The position numbers and the translations under genes are program-made. DNA of 34,968 bases, from positions 1-34,968 of the forward strand of contig JAUCBJ010005952.1 of assembly GCA_032718475.1 (NCBI GenBank). The letters run 5' to 3'. Below, in pieces: positions 34,745 to 34,968 of this stretch; positions within the stretch are counted from its first letter, which is position 1, and every line of letters starts with the position of its first letter. This DNA is from Nemertoderma westbladi. Its lineage: Eukaryota; Animalia; Xenacoelomorpha. The notes beneath the pieces are model-generated. The model was not told where the DNA came from and made no database searches. It worked only from the letters and a program-made list of their open reading frames with translations.

Positions 34745-34968
34745 GGGGAGTAACATCTCTGGGGGTAACAGCACTGGGGGGGGGGGGGGGGGGGGGGGTG
34801 GGATGCTGGGGGTAACAGGAATGGGAGGCAACAGCACTGGGGGTAACAGGTAACAGAACACTGGGTGGGGGCGGTGGGGGGGAGGAGGTGTAACAGGAAT
34901 GGGGAGTAACATCTCTGGGGGTAACCGCACAGGGTGGGGGAGGGACTGGAGGGAGGCTGGGGGTAACA
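34745..34968 (+). repeat. G-rich minisatellite running off the window end
   Basis: Recurrent CTGGGGGTAACA and GGAATGGGGAGTAACATCT units plus long G runs. Confidence 0.85.

Noticed and set aside
34727-34930. Proline-rich ORF
   Set aside because: Reverse translation of the G-rich minisatellite.

Overview
Repeat-rich metazoan (invertebrate-like) genomic DNA; nothing looks prokaryotic. Bases ~150-9400 hold a degenerate minus-strand BEL/Pao-type retrotransposon. It has a very long low-complexity gag, zinc knuckles, an aspartic protease and only the C-terminal stump of integrase; RT and RNase H are missing. A hairpin-bearing 32-bp minisatellite and an extra ORF for a DEDDy/WRN-like 3'-5' exonuclease follow on the same strand. 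The middle (9.5-27.7 kb) is a pile of transposon insertions: a three-level nest (interspersed repeat > tRNA-SINE > RTE LINE), a second RTE with an intact target-site duplication, a piggyBac-like non-autonomous element, foldback elements, and two related GTGGGG...CCCCAC elements. It also contains orphan class A GPCR exons, a diverged copy of a GATA exon/intron piece, and a 46-copy 44-bp satellite that appears to have grown out of the 5' end of a second exonuclease-like ORF. The right part carries an intact minus-strand double-zinc-finger GATA gene (four coding exons, about 483 aa) with mixed GATA123/GATA456 signatures. All family calls are by eye from motifs; no database search was run.
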